DNA of 64,000 nt from Lama guanicoe (GCA_013239625.1 MU055549.1:4137872-4201871), one strand, 5' to 3'. Counted from the stretch's first letter, positions 37,900 through 51,661 are shown. Notes: generated from the sequence alone by a model not told the origin. Numbers and translations are program-made.

Positions 37900-38190
37900 C
37901 ATCTCTCCCAGCTGCCCTCGCTGCTAGTGATGCTGTCCAGGGAGATGTGGGCTGAAGTCCCTAGGACGGGGGTGAAAAGACAAAGTGTCTCTGGAAGAAA
38001 ATTCTCTGCTCTGTGCCCTCTTTCCTGCCTGAAAAAGGACACAATGTCTGGAGGTGCAGCAGCCATTCTGTGATCCTGAGGATGACAGATGCTAAGGAGG
38101 GGGAAGCAGGAATAAAAGAGGTCCCCTGAGCTGCTGCTCCAGCCCCCAGTTGCTTCTCCCTGGATACTTGCTTACAAGAAAGAAAAAGAC
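37900..38190 (+). mobile_element. MLT1-like (MaLR) LTR remnant
   Basis: atgtctggaggtgcagcagccattctgtgatcctgaggatgacag resembles old MLT1 LTRs; boundaries approximate. Confidence 0.45.
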
Positions 38191-38199
38191 ACTTCTATT

Positions 38200-38355
38200 G
38201 GTGCCAGCTAGTGTTTTCTGACGATGCTAAGAGCCAGGCATTCTCCGGAGGTTCTCTGGGTGTATGCGTATCTCCCTGTTCTTTAGGGAATCTGCATTTT
38301 ATACAAGCTCTCCAGGTGATTTTGATCTGTACTGAACTTGGGTACCCACTGTGCT
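38200..38355 (+). mobile_element. MER5A-like fragment
   Basis: ggaatctgcattttatacaagctctccaggtgattttgat...acccactg. Confidence 0.55.
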
Positions 38356-39284
38356 GAAGATTCTTGCCTAGGAGTGAGGACATCCAGGGAACCTAGTTTT
38401 AGCTCCACTGATATATCCAACTGCACCAGCACAGCTCCTGGGGACGACAGCCCCTGGGTGACTGCTGGTGCGCTGGACTGAAAGCACTGCAAGACACAAA
38501 GAGCCTCATGCCCAAGGCCGAAGGGCGCGCTTTCACGGCTAAAGTACCCTCGTGGTTATGGCCTTGATCTGAAAAGCTACTCACTCCCCTCCCTGCTGCC
38601 CCTACGCACAACGGGGAGCCACACAGAGCTCAGCGGCTGGGAGACAGTCAAGGCTTTCTAATCAAGTATCAACACGCTGCAATGGCAGCCAGCAGACCAC
38701 TGGGATTTGGGTTTAAATCTCGCAGCCGTGGAAACAGACAGGGTGTCTGTCTGTCTGTCTGTCTGTGTGGTGGCACCTCTAACATGCCTGTCACATGACA
38801 GAAGCCCTCGCACACTCCACGTCTGTCTGCGCCGCCCGCAGTGGGGGAGCCCGTGGCTCGGAGACCCCACCTCTTCTGCTCTGGAAGGCCTGCTCACCAC
38901 CCCACAGGACTCTGCTTCCCAAGCCCTGCTGCGCAAAGAGCCCCGGGAAAGCTGGCTGAAGGGCAGGTTCAGGTCCAGCAACAGGTCTGGGGTGGGGCTG
39001 GCGCTGCTGCATCTCTGTGCAGCCCCGGGGATGTGACGCTCCTGGACAGTGGAGCAGCCGCGCTGAGTCCCAAGGCCGGGTGAGATGCGTGACACCTTTG
39101 AACCCGTGTGCTCCGGGAATGGACGGGCTCCACCCAGGTTACATAAACGCAGCAGGCAGTCCCCACACAGCCCGACAGAGAGCCGAGGTAAATCCTCCGA
39201 CTGCTGGTATCAGATAAGAAGCAACAGCGACCCACGTCATTTTGTCAAAACCACATTCAGAAAATAACTCAAGGAAAAGCTTAC

Positions 39285-39321
39285 CTTGAGCTGCTATGAA
39301 CTTATTCTTCTCCTTATAACC
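39285..39321 (-). CDS. PTPRE: PTPRE exon (GYKEKNKFIAAQ)
   Basis: tag|GGT...CAAG|gtaag, 37 nt. Confidence 0.94.
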
Positions 39322-39986
39322 CTAGAATCATAAACGCAGATATTTCAGAATTATCGTTGTGGAAGGACTGGGTTAGTGCTGTTGGGAAAGCACCACGTGT
39401 TCATCACGGAGAATTTGGAAAACAGAACAGTAAGAGGAAAATTCCCCAGCAATTTCAGAAATAACATGCTCTCTTTGTATAACCCCCTCTAGTCTTTTAT
39501 TTTCTGTGACACACACAGAAGCAGACGCAGGACATTCGTATTTTTTTAATTGGTTAATAGGTACACGTTGTCTTATACTGCATTTTTATAATAATTGTTT
39601 ATTTATATTAGATCACCTTTTACGGTTCAATTAAAATGGATTCTTAATAATCCACTGCATATGATTTTGCTACAACTTATTTAACTGGCTCCCGCTGTGT
39701 GGTTCTGTCAGCACTATAAATAATGCTGTGAGGAACATCCTTTGTGCTTATCTGCTTCTAGAGAATGAATCCCTGACACAGGTGCTAATTCAAAATTCCA
39801 GGCACTTTCATGCTCTCTGTCCTGCAGCCAGAATGGCCAGCGTGGCCAGCGTGGCCAATGTGCCCATCAAAGTTGTGACAATTTCATCCTCGGCCCCAGA
39901 AATGAAAGTGCCCATCGGTCATGATTCACACGTAGCCCCCAGGCGTGAGCGTCATGCTGAAGGGGGTGCAGGGGGCATGCACTTAC

Positions 39987-40063
39987 ATCTATATATGAAG
40001 CATTGATGTAGTCTGAATACGGGGTTCCATCCACTTGGCTTAAAATCACCCTGGAATGATCAT
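39987..40063 (-). CDS. PTPRE: PTPRE exon (NDHSRVILSQVDGTPYSDYINASYID)
   Basis: cag|AT...GAT|gtaag, 77 nt. Confidence 0.95.
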
Positions 40064-40719
40064 CTGCAAAAAACCAACCCACCAACCCGTGACGTTAGGT
40101 CAAGAGATTCACATCTACTGTAGGAAACACCACAGAGGACGCAACCAGAGGGTCCACGGGGGTCACGGGACAGAAGACGTTCTTCCTAAACATCCCCGCG
40201 AGACCCTCGGTGTCATTAGTGCAGGAGAGCGTCTGTTCTATCGAGCCTGGAATCTCAGCACTGGGGACAGTCGAGGCCCCAAAGAGCTGCCCAGGGCAGC
40301 CGTACAGGCTGCGAGGGGAGATGGGGGAGAATGTCGGTGTCCAAGAGTGAAGCCTGCCGGCTCCTCACGCAGACACAGGAGGGCAGGGGCTGCGGGACCC
40401 CTACTGTGTGAGGACCTTGTTCTCTGAGCCCCCAGATCGGGCCCTGATGTTGACAAGTGTGGGTGCATGCAGGAGCACTTCTGGGGTCCACTGTCCCAGG
40501 CCTTCCGGGGAGAGCACTGCTAACCCCCTGGACCAGAAGATCTGAGGGAGGCTCTGGGGTTTGGGACGGCAGACCCCGGCCCTCGTGCTCAGGGCGCCCC
40601 GGGGCAGGGAGCGGGGCCACACTCACAGGGCCCGCCGGGTGCCGGCACTGCCTGCAAGGTCCCGGCCTGCGCTAGCGGCGGTCCCCCGGGGCGCGGGCTG
40701 AGCAGGGGTGCTGGGTGCG

Positions 40720-40895
40720 TGAGCGTGTGTGTGTATTCATGTGTGCGTGTTTGTGGCGTGTGTATTTATGTATGTGTGGTGTGTGTGCTTGGGGAGGTGT
40801 GTGTTTGTGGTGTGTGTATTTATGTGTGTGTGGTGTGTGTGGTGTGTGTGCTTGGGGTGTGTGTCTGCGGTGTGTGTGTATGTACACACACACGC
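40720..40895. repeat. Degenerate (TG)n-rich simple repeat
   Basis: tgtgtgtggtgtgtgt... with an internal repeated tgtgtatttatgt unit. Confidence 0.85.
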
Positions 40896-43800
40896 CGGGG
40901 AGGTTTCAGCCAGGGCCCCACAGAACTGACTGCCCTGGGTCCGCACCACTTCTGCCTTCAGGTCCCCTTTCTCCATAAAAAAAATGTAAACATTCCACTT
41001 TGCGACTGCAGCAGCGGTTAGCAGAGGTAAGTGTGAGCCAGGCTGGATTAGGTGTGTACTTCCTTTTGATTCTAAAAGAAATGAGATGATTTCAGGTGTG
41101 TGAGCAGCCGGCCGCCCAGGAGCAGAACATACAGGATGCTGACCCCGCCCAGGGCCCGGAGCAGAGCTGCCGGGGGCTGTTACTCTGCGCTGGGCACAGA
41201 GCCTGTTACATGGGCGTACTTTGTAGTACTTACTACATTAACTAATGAACAGTTCCATGTCCTTGTCCCTGCTCTGTCCCCTTCTAGGCCCCAAAGGACT
41301 GAAGCTAACAGAGGCGGGTGAGTTTGTGGCGTGGATCTGGGGCAGAGCCCCTGCATCATGAAAGGCAGCTGGGCTGGCCACGAGCTGGGGGCCTCAGACA
41401 CCTGCTGCCTGGACATCGTACCACTGCTGCTCGCAGAGGACAGGCCAGTGTGGCTCTCAGGGGCGGTCACAGCCCACACGGGGCACTCAAGGTGTCAAAT
41501 CCCAAACTCACAGCCAGCAGGAACTTGACCTTGAGACGCTCCTGCTCAGGGGCTGACAACCAGGAGGCAGAAACAAGTATGAAGCTGGCTGAACAAGTAT
41601 AAAGCTCATTGAACATAATTTGCAACAATTTACACTTCTGAGGACAGCTATAGAAAACAGAGGGTAAAAAATAGCATTCTGGTTAGATTCAGAATCTTGC
41701 AGCTCTAAGAGCCTCCTGTCTTTTCATTCTAAAAAGTCACACTTCTCTTTCAAAACATTAATTCCTAAAATTATCATCTATTGGCGTTTTTCCAGAAAAA
41801 AATGGTGCTCTCTTGCCACTGGCCACGGAGCCCTTCCAGAATCCAGCCTTTTCACACACCAGACATCTTGATCTCCGTCCTCAGTCCCTGGAGCCACATA
41901 CAGGACTGGACTCCGAGCCCCGGGGCATCTTGTCAGTCTGATAAATTCACAGCCACTCTCTGCTTGTGGAAGGTGGGGAGGGGCAGGGAAGGTGCACAGG
42001 GCTGTGCAACTCGGGCCCCCACCCTCTTCCTGCCTGCTGACCCTAACTCCACCTTGAGTACGAGCAGGGTCCTTCAGCCCTGGGAAGAAGAGGGGGTGCA
42101 GGCCTAGGGGCGCCCTGCACAACATCCCCGTGACCCAGTCTACTCCTGTCCTAGGCCCACAGCTGCCCTGGGGGCATCTCCGACCAACTGCTCAATTTAA
42201 TCAGATACGCTTCTCCTGTGTCTTACTGATGCCAAATGCCAGGTGCCACCCAGCTTGCCATCTCCGGGGCACATCCCAAGTGTCTCTCTGCCACCACTCT
42301 GTAAACTCATCCTCCTGCCACTGTGAAATGTTCACCCCCTGGCAGAGTCCCCTGGCCCTTGGTGACCGCCAGCACCCTCAGTGTCCTCAGTGTGGCACTG
42401 CTGGGCCAGGAGGGGCTGGAGTGGAACCTACACTTTTTTATTTGCAGGAACAGCCAACTCACTTCCCCAGTACCAGCTAGAGGACACGGCTCAGAGAGGA
42501 TATGCAAGACGCAGTCCCTGTCCTTTCCTGTTGGTGACCCTCAGGGGAGGTGCTGCCCCACCCCAGGCCACCCCATCTGGGAACAGGGGCAGGTACCTGG
42601 CCACTAACTCTGCTCCATTAAGCTCCGCTCTTAATTAACAATGTAAATGTTACCTTTAAAAGATAAAAGGTTCAGTGATTAGGGAGAGAAATGCAGGCCA
42701 GGAACCTAGGAAGGGGCTTGGCACTGAGCACCACACAGACATTCTGCTGTCATTGCTGAAATTAATTAATTAATCTAATTAATTAAACTAATACTAGACA
42801 CCAACTTCCAAATACCCTGACTCTTACTCGCCACAAATTATTCCCCAGGTCCCAGATGTCCTGTTCGGTTTCCCTTTCCTTTGAGCTGTTCAAGCCACGT
42901 GACGGGCTCCCCCCCCGCCCCCGTCTCTGATAATCTGCACCCAGTCGAGCAGCAAGTCCTCTCAACGTGATCTCTGCAGTGTGTCCAGAACCTGAGCCTG
43001 GACCGAGCGCCCCCCCCCCAGCCTGGCTGCAGGACTGCAGTAGCCTCCTGGCCTGTCCAACAACAGATGCGCTGGATGGAAGATTGTTTGGTGAGCTTTG
43101 AAAAAAAACTAACAAAACCTCCAAAAAAATCAACAAAAAACCCCCCACATACATCCTCTGCACACAAAATGGGAATAAACTGCTTCTATCAAGTGCTGAA
43201 AATCCAGAGACCACACAGCAGGCAGACCACAGCACCCCTTCACTGCAGAGCACATGAACGCAATTTTAATCCTAAAAATGCAACCAAGAGCCAGCCGCTG
43301 AGGCCACGGCACAGGCCAGCGGCCTCGATCCCATGGAGGTCCTGCCTGAGCAGGGAGGTTCCCTGGACCGGGGAGGCCTTGGCTTGGGGTTCAGACATGA
43401 ACTCACCGGAGTCTCCGAGGCTGCCCTTCTGTTAGCCTGACGGCAAAGCTGATAGGAGGGTCCAGGCTGGATGAAGGATGCCCCTCCTCCGGCCAGCTTT
43501 CACGAGGACAGCTCGAGACTCTAGGGGTTTGTCTTGGTTCCGAGGCTCCCAAGGCACAGCCCATCCCGTGATGCCCCTAAACCGATGCGTCTGCTCCCTT
43601 GCCCTGCAGCCTCCTGGAGCCAACACCCCCCAGCCCATGGCCACCTTTAGTGGGGTGGTTAAGATGGGGTTGCATCTAAGCCTTCCCACAAAGCTGTCAG
43701 AGCCCAATGGCCTTCTTATCCTGTCACTTCTGTCTTGGGTACAGGAGACTAGTTGCTGGTGGCCAAGAACACCACGTTCGAGAAGGGGAGATGCCTGGGG

Positions 43801-44122
43801 CCACCAGGTGCCCGAGGCTGGGGCTCAAGATTGGGTCCAGTGGGAGGTGGCCTCCCTCCTGGCCCCTGCGCAGCCCAGGTCTCAATGGTGAACACAAGCT
43901 TAGCAGCCAGGCCCCCAAACAACACAGGGTTCACGGCCCCGGCCAGGAGACACACACTCAGACTCCCAGGTGCAGGGCTGAGCGCTGCTCTGACACGGGC
44001 CCTGTTCTCCCAGCACCTGAGCGTCTGCTGGGGGACAGGCACGGCCACCAGGAGCTGCAAGGCAAGGCCGAGTTTTGTCCAAATGCCATCGATCATGCCA
44101 AAAAAAAAAAGGAAAGTCTTAC

Positions 44123-44213
44123 TGGGAAGAATGTTGGGATATCTGTTTTTCTCTCTGTTCTCTTCTTTATTGGCCAGTTCAAAAGCTCCTTGTACGTGTC
44201 CAGATGGCAAGGA
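44123..44213 (-). CDS. PTPRE: PTPRE exon (SLPSGHVQGAFELANKEENREKNRYPNILP), D1 KNRY motif
   Basis: tag|TCC...CCCA|gtaag, 91 nt. Confidence 0.96.
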
Positions 44214-45109
44214 CTAGGAGAAAACGCAGAGCCAGCAGTAAACGTGAGGACTCCCACAGCGCGCTTCCCTCCGCCCCACTGCCGAGCGCGGGGCTCGGAT
44301 CCCGGACCTCTGCGCAGACTGCCCCCAGGGCGCCGCCCGCCTCCCTCCCGCTGCCCGTGGACGCTCGGCCAGCGCCGGACAGAGACGCGAAGGAGGCACA
44401 GGCCCACGTTCCCCTAAGCGCCCCGTCTAGTAGGGCCAGTGGAGGTGTGGACAGAACGATGACCCCTGAGGTGGACCCAGAACTGCGCTAAGGCAGGGAC
44501 TGGCCTGTGCGCTGCCACCAAATCCTCGGGACCCACAGGCCCTGGTCCAAAGCAGGCACTGCACGCGCGCGAGTGGCCCGGCCACGGCAGAGCTCTGCGT
44601 CAGGGGACCGAGGGGCTGAAGGACGAGGAGACTGGTGGGTAAGGGCCTTCCTAGAGCCCCGACCCACTGAAGACTCAGTGTGCTCTGTGGATCGGTGGGG
44701 GTTTCCTGAGAACGCGGGTCCCAGGCCCGCCCCAGGTCAGCGCAGCACTTACCCGGACCCCCAGGGCACCTGCACGCGTGCCAAGGTTGAACGCGCCACC
44801 CTAATGCTCCTTCATCTCAGAGGAGGAAACAGCCGAGCGGTTCAGCTGAGCCCCCAGAACTGATGTTTGGTGTAGCGGGCGTGAGCCTAGTCTCCCGACT
44901 TTGAGCTCTTTCCACCACTCGGGGCCCCTTGGTTCTTGCAGGCTCCAACCACCCTCCTGCACTTGCTCGCTGCCAGGACCCCCTCCACACTCAGGTGGGC
45001 TCCGGGAGGTACATAGTGGGAAAGAGCCTTTCGAACCCCCAAATTACGTCTTTCCACATTCAACCTGACTGTTGGCTGAACCAGGGGCCACTGGAACTCG
45101 AGTAATTAG

Positions 45110-45300
45110 TATTAATGTTTATCAAGTGTTTACAATGTCCCAGGCACTGTGGGACCAGCCTTCACAGCTCACCTACCATTAATCGACATTACGAGCATCA
45201 CCCTTGTTCTGCAGATGAGGAAGCAGAGCCCCAAGGTGGCTGCAGAATTGTCGAGTCACCTGGCCAGCAAGCGGCAGACACTGAATGGGGCCTGCAGCCT
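45110..45300 (-). mobile_element. MIR SINE remnant
   Basis: tgtttatcaagtgtttacaatgtcccaggcactgt...gcagatgaggaagcagagc. Confidence 0.55.
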
Positions 45301-45774
45301 GCTGGCGTGGAACTGGCACCTGGGCCGTCAGGAAGGCACTCTCTTTTTTAAAGGTGGGGATCAGCCAGGGCTTCCGTGTGTCCTGCTGTGTGTGCCCCGG
45401 GGACTGTGGAAGGCCTCCCGGCTAAGCCTGGGATCAAAGCCGAGGCCCTGAGCAGGTCTGCAGCCCAAGGGTACCAGGCCTTCCTCTCCTAGGTCGGGAG
45501 TTCCTCCACCACAGACTCAGCTCCTGCCATCCGGTGTCCTCTTTCCGCACCAAACCCGATGGCCCCAGGCAGAGGCCCGGCCAGGCCCGGGCAAGGCTGG
45601 TGCGCAGTTCCCCGCCAGACCAGACCTCCTCCACTGGGAGCTCGAGGCTCGGCATCAGAGATGTTTTAACAGTGACCTCCCTGACCTAACCTCAGTGTGA
45701 AATTTGTGGCAACATCCTAGAACCTTCTCTTTTTCTACACCGAAAAGCTTTTTTGACCCCAGCCCTGAAAATAA

Positions 45775-46065
45775 AAACATGGCATGATACCATAATGGGA
45801 GATGCGTGATGTTAGACATTTGTTAAAACCCACAGAACGGGCAGCCCTGGGGCCCGAACCCGGACCTCAATTTGTACTAATGAGTCAATACTGGTACATC
45901 AGTTGTGACAGGTGTAACACACTCGAGCAGGATGTTAACAACCCGGGAAACTGTGCAGGGAGAGCTGGGGTATGTGGGAATTTGGTACTTTCTGTACAAT
46001 TTTTCTAGAGACCAAAATCTGCTCTAAAAACTCTATTAAAATTAATAAAATAATAAATTTAAAAA
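45775..46065 (+). mobile_element. L1M 3'-UTR fragment with A-rich tail
   Basis: gacatttgttaaaacccacagaac...gggtatgtgggaatttggtactttctgtacaattttt...ctgctctaaaaa. Confidence 0.65.
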
Positions 46066-49000
46066 AAAAACTTGAGAAGCCTCCCTCTTCCTGAGAAGGC
46101 GCGGTGGCTGCAGTGCTGGGGGTGAGGGAGCAGCTGGAGGGGTCAGAGTCGGGGGGACGGACCTGGCTCTGACACCCGCAGCTGCGTGGCCCTGGCACCA
46201 GCCTGAGCACCAGAACACGGAGAAGGGGTGGCGCTCCCTGGCTCCATGGGCAGCACAGAGGGTCACACGGGGTGACGGGCAAAGTGCTCTGTGCCCTGAA
46301 CTTCTATCTCGTTTCCAAGTGCACAGAACGACCACCCACAGAGCCAGCCAGCACTTTCTCCTGCTTCAGTTACTGAGGGCTCGCATCCTGGGACGCTCTG
46401 ATGGCCCAGGACAAATAAGAGAGCACGTAGGAGGGCTCAGCGAAAGCCGGGTGACCCCTGCAGGGCCTCGAGTGAGCCGTGCGTGTAGTAATGGGTCAGT
46501 AAATGCCTTGTGATTGACGGTCCCCTTACGTAAATTGGCCGAAAAGGATTGGTTTGTTTCAGGTGAGATTTCATTTCAATAAAAGTGCACAGGCACGTGC
46601 ACACGCACACACGTATATACGTACAGGTGTACACTCACACATACACAGGAGCTACATTCCTTTCTCTCCCTCTTAGCGCTGGGCAGGCACAACCCAATGA
46701 GCAAAACAGACAAGCGGCCAGGTGTTGGCTGTTTCCAAAGCTCCAGGGGACCGTCCTGCTGGGCACTGAGCTGGGACCACTCCTGGAGGCCCCTCCCTGG
46801 GCCTTTGGGCAACACTTAGGACGGGGTCAGATCCAGGCACCGGGCCTGAAATAACCTGCCAGGACAGGGGCTGTCTGGAGAGGGCCTTTTTCTTGTCTGA
46901 ATGGACTCACTGGCAGAGGTTTAACTGGGGCCCTGGAACAGACTCCGCGAGGTCAGCCTTCTACCTCTGCGGGTGGAGACTGCGGACTCTGGACACCCCG
47001 GAGAGTCGTCCTAAACAGGACGGCAGCTCCAGACTCCTCGTGTGCAGATCCTGGGCCCAGAGGGGCACACTCCTCACCTCCTTCCCAGGACAGACAGTCC
47101 TATGGGGACAGGCAGGGCCTCATCCCACAGGCGAGGAAACCAGGCGGAGGTTAAGTAGGTGGCTTACGTCTCCAGGCTGCCAAGAAGCACATCTGGGACG
47201 GGCCGTTGGGCAGGCTGCCTCTGCGCACGCCGTGATGGTGCCACTGGACCCATCCCAGTGCCGCCCTCCTGCTCCTCAGGTGGACCTCAGCTTCCACCAA
47301 CAGAACACACATGCCCAGCTCTTTTGGATCGGCTACTTGGAAACACATCTGTCTCCCTGCACTCTTCCGGGAAGAGACGCTGAGGATGAAGGGTGAGAAA
47401 AGAGAGAAAAGGACCTAGAGCCCACCTCAAGTGCACCCGCCTGCAGAGCCAGGAGGGGGCTGGTGACGGTGGCCTGGGGGCTCCTGGACAGGCTGCCCCT
47501 CACTGGACAGACGAACAAACTGGGGATCAGAGGGTGACCTTCCCAGGGGCCCCCGGAGCCAGGACCGGGCGCCACGCCGCTGGACCCCACCCCTCGCCCC
47601 GCTCCCCTCGCCCTCACTGAGCGGACGACTCCAGGGGCAGCTGGGGAGATACTCAGTGGCAGGGCTGGGGCACAGCGGATGGTGAGGCACTTGCTTTAGG
47701 GGCAACGCTGTAAGAAGTACCCAAAAAACCCAGGAATCAAGAAAAATCACATTCAAATTCAACATCTAAAAAAGATCTAAATTAATGCAAAAAATCCAGG
47801 ATGCTCGAAACATCAAACTTTTTAATAACGGCAGGGTCAGCAACGGTGTGGTGACAGACTGCAGTGACGCCCCATGGGGCTGTCAAGAAACAGCAGGAAA
47901 GCCAGAGCGGCCCTGTCTGTCTTTGCAGTTGTGCTGCTTTGTCCATCTTGGATGCTCACACCAACGCTGATATTTTCAAACGCCGCATGAAGACATTATT
48001 CGTTCAGATGACTGTTTCAGTGCCCCTTACATTTTGCCCCTGGGCAAGTGCCTCACCTGCCTGACCTTCCTCCCAGGTTGGCTCCCTCTGAGTCGCCCTC
48101 ACTTGGAGACGACTCAGCCCTCCCTGAGCAAAGTCAGCCCTGAGCCTTCACGTGGAGAAACACGAGCGCAAGAGGAAATAGGACAAGAAAGGAGGTGGGG
48201 GAAATGGTCCTACAGCTGCCAACTTGGATAGGCATTTTGAAAATGGAGAATTAACTTCTCTTGTCAGGCTGAGAGATTGCAAAACAATGTTGCTTGGAGC
48301 TGTCTTTCAATATGACCTAATTTCTCAAAAAAGGGGGACACATTTGGAAACAATTAAAAGGAAGCAAGATAAAGGCAGATGAGACTTGTGTTAAAAAAAT
48401 AAGCACAATTATGGTCTAAATGTGCCATCACCTTCCCACACCCTCTTAAGTTGCTTCTGGGCGAAAAGTCACTTGTCTACAACAGGATTCACGCTGTCTC
48501 CAGATACCACAATTGCATAACCCTTTGCTGTTTCAGAAGCCCATTGTCTGAGCCTCACACTGGGCCTGCGAGGTCGTTGAGGCATCCTCTCCACTGGCCC
48601 CCTTCACAGAAGATGGGGGCTGGTTTCCAGGAGGTTAACTGACGTGCCGGGGCCGGGGCGAAACGGCCAGAGCCAGGAGCAGGCAGCTTCCCTGCTGGAA
48701 ACCTGTCCTCTTTCAAGCTCCGCACTCAGCACAGGGTCATACACGAGACGAGGAAAAGAAAACTCAAAACGGGACCAGGGATAAACCCTGAACAGCCGAT
48801 CCAAGATGACACTTCCTGATGTGTCTGTCTGTCTGTCTGTCCGTCTGTCTGCCTGTGCGTCATGCATCTGTACCTGTCTACCTGATTCATAATTCACAGG
48901 ACTTTAAATAAAAAATCAGCCACACAGGGGAGGCGTCACTGATGGACACTGTATTTTGTGAGAGTGATTGGGACCCGTTCGCTACCATCGGGCTGTACCA

Positions 49001-49501
49001 CGTGGTTAGCTGTTCTTTGCCAGATTCATGGAGGGCGGGATGAACACGCTGACGTGAGCAGACACCACAGGGCTGTCGAGGCAGAGCTAGCGGCCCTCAG
49101 GGCAGCCCCCATGACCGTTTAATTGATGCTGTGTGGGGCGGCTGGGGCTCCTTGCTGTCAACACGAAGTTGTCATCCTGTGGTCTGCTCGGGCCCGGGTC
49201 CTGCGCATTCTCCAGATGACGGTGCTTCCGTCACATGTGATTTTAGAACGAGGCACTCAGAGTGCCAGAGCGGGAAGGAGCCTTTCGAAAATCTCGCTCA
49301 CCCGCCTCATCGGATAGGTGAGGGGTGGGGGTCCGGGGAGGGGCACCACGGCAGAAACCAGGTTTCCTCAGAACCCATTTCTGGGACACTGTCACAATGG
49401 ATGTGGACCTTCTGAGACTTTGGGCTAATTTATCTGAAAACGCAACAGCCCGCGTGCCAGCTTTCTTCCACACGACGAGACAAAGGGGCCCTCAGACTCA
49501 C

Positions 49502-49638
49502 GTTGAACTCCTCCCGAAACCTCTTGCAGTCATCTGCCGATCGGAGGCGGATCTCCTCCTCCAGGTGCCCCACGGGGATGGGGAAGTACTTCTTGGGCCC
49601 CGAGGGGGACCTGCTGAGAAGTGTCACTCTCTGCTGCT
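49502..49638 (-). CDS. PTPRE: PTPRE exon (EQQRVTLLSRSPSGPKKYFPIPVGHLEEEIRLRSADDCKRFREEFN), wedge region
   Basis: cag|AG...AAC|gtgag, 137 nt. Confidence 0.96.
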
Positions 49639-51242
49639 CTGTGGGATCAGAAGAAGCCAGGGACCACTTAGCCATACTCCCGGATGGGGGACAGTAACCA
49701 GACTGACGGACAACATTCCCGGAGACACGGCTCAGCTGGAGGGGGAGTATTCCTCAGTTCAGGAGCCCCGGGGCTAAGCAACTGAGCACAAGGCCTGCCT
49801 CCTTACAACACACCTGCGTCAGCCGTCGGTGATGCACCCCGGCCTGTGCACCGCTCCCGCCGCCCCAAGATGCCTAGTCTCCCCAGCTCTCTCATCCACT
49901 CTCCACTCCCTCCCTCCCACCCCTGCTCCTTCCACAAAGGATTTAGGTGGCTTCAGACTCTGACTCAGTTGTCCAGGTTTGAAACAGAGTAATTACAGGT
50001 TTCTGGGTACAAACTGGTAACAGATTGGGAATCGATTAGGATATGAAGTCTCCTTCGGCCTGTCTTCTTGGCCACAAATAGTCCTGGTTACACAAACCCT
50101 GTGCTCCAAGAGAAATAAGAGAAACCTCTCCCACCCCCACTGTTTTTTTTCAGGGAGAGGCTGGGGGCTTTGAGAAGGAGAAGGGCCAGACAGCAAAGGA
50201 GGCCCCGGACAAGCTGCCTCCACAGATTCAGTGTGAGACAGCGGGAGAAATCCTGGACGAAAGTGCTGATGATCCCAGCAAGGTCAACATAACTTTCCTG
50301 TCACTTGCAGAAGGGCCTGTCCCCACCTGCAGAGCCGCTCTGAAGCCCAGCCAAGAACTCCCTCCAGGGCGCATTCCTCCCAGAGACAGACACTGACAGA
50401 TGAGCGAGCCAGCCTCGCCAGCCACACCCTCCTCCCTCCCATCCCGGCTGCTGGGACGTGCAGGGCAGGGAGGAGAGGACAGGAAGGTGGCACCTGGAGG
50501 CCATGTGCCATCATCTAACCAGGGTCACGACCCCCCAGTGCTGCAAAACCGCCCTTCTGTGTCTGGCCGAGGTCCTCTGCTGTTGACCTTTTTTTTTAAA
50601 CTGTCTTGGATCGGTTTGGTAATTCGTCTGAATTCTGACAGCACCTCTGCTCCCCTAAACCACAGAACAATTCGGTAGCAATCTGCGTGGAGGAAGTTAT
50701 AGTCACTGGTGTGAACCCCTATTTTCAAAAGCCTCTGCCTCACACACTTTTCTCAGACATCTCAATGTGGGGGAAGAAAACCAACGTGCCTTCATAAGCA
50801 GCATTTCCAAGTTAGTAGCTGAACCTGGAACCTAAAAGAAGGGTCGGAAACGCCCCTGGAAGACTCCGAGTCTGCCTGTTGGACACGCTGGTACATCAGC
50901 TCCCTTCCTTGAGCTGATCCAAGAACAGGGCGGATTCAGGGGGCCCTTTAGGGAACTGTAGACTGTGAGCCTGCCTGTCTCATCTTAGAATGATCTTGAA
51001 GACTTACTGATGTTATATGTCAAAATCTGGTAAAAAAGACAGGATATGAACAGTGCCTCCCCAAAAGCCACAAACTGAACTGCCTTAAACGTCTGTTTCA
51101 CACCAGAGAAAAATGAGACAAGTTCTGAAATGGGTTAGACATGTTACACCAGATGCAGCCAGATGGAAGTCTGGAAGCTGGAAGAGCTGAGCACTTCCAG
51201 GAGAAGGAAGGCAGCCCCCGAGCCGCCCCGGCCCCATGGTAC

Positions 51243-51316
51243 CTTGCTCCTCGAGGATTCCGTTGGGCATCTTCTTGTCGTTGGCGCTGACCACCGCCTT
51301 CCTCTGCTTCCTGAAC
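51243..51316 (-). CDS. PTPRE: PTPRE first exon shared by receptor and cytosolic isoforms (FRKQRKAVVSANDKKMPNGILEEQ); internal ATG at 51270-51268
   Basis: aag|G...CAAG|gtacc, 74 nt; phase 2 fits both upstream exons. Confidence 0.95.
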
Positions 51317-51391
51317 CTTTGAGACACAGACGTGTGAGGTGTGGGCACAGGGAGCTTCCCGAGAGCCCGGAGCCCGCTCGGGGATACCCAC

Positions 51392-51426
51392 CAGGTGAGC
51401 CGGGAGAAGCTGCTTCTGCTGCTCAT
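51392..51426 (-). CDS. PTPRE: Alternative first coding exon of cytosolic PTP-epsilon (MSSRSSFSRLTW)
   Basis: gccATG Kozak context; matches the known cyt-PTPe N-terminus; donor TG|gtgggt, phase 2; GC/CpG-rich surroundings. Confidence 0.92.
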
Positions 51427-51561
51427 GGCTGAGCGCCGCCGCTGGCCCCCCAACCCCGCGCCCTCACCGCCCGGGCCGCCTGCCCACCCGCAGTCACAGC
51501 CTCCCGGCCTCACTTCCTCCTCCAGCAGGTCGGGGCAAGTCAGCGCCCCGGACACTCCTAC

Positions 51562-51661
51562 CTGAAGAAGTAGGCGGCGAGGAGCAGAAGGAGGAGGCAC
51601 AGCAGCAGCGGCAGCAGCAGCCAGGCCAGCAGGGGCTGGGGCGCGCCTGGGGCCGGAGGGC
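51562..51661 (-). CDS. PTPRE: PTPRE transmembrane exon (GPPAPGAPQPLLAWLLLPLLLCLLLLLLAAYFFR)
   Basis: cag|GC...TTCAG|gtagg, 100 nt; hydrophobic helix. Confidence 0.95.

Noticed and set aside
40672-41021. Cys/Val- and His/Thr-rich ORFs (also 11959-12354)
   Set aside because: Translations of TG/CA simple repeats.
42760-42795. AATT/TTAA palindromic run
   Set aside because: Short low-complexity AT repeat without terminal inverted repeats or other support.
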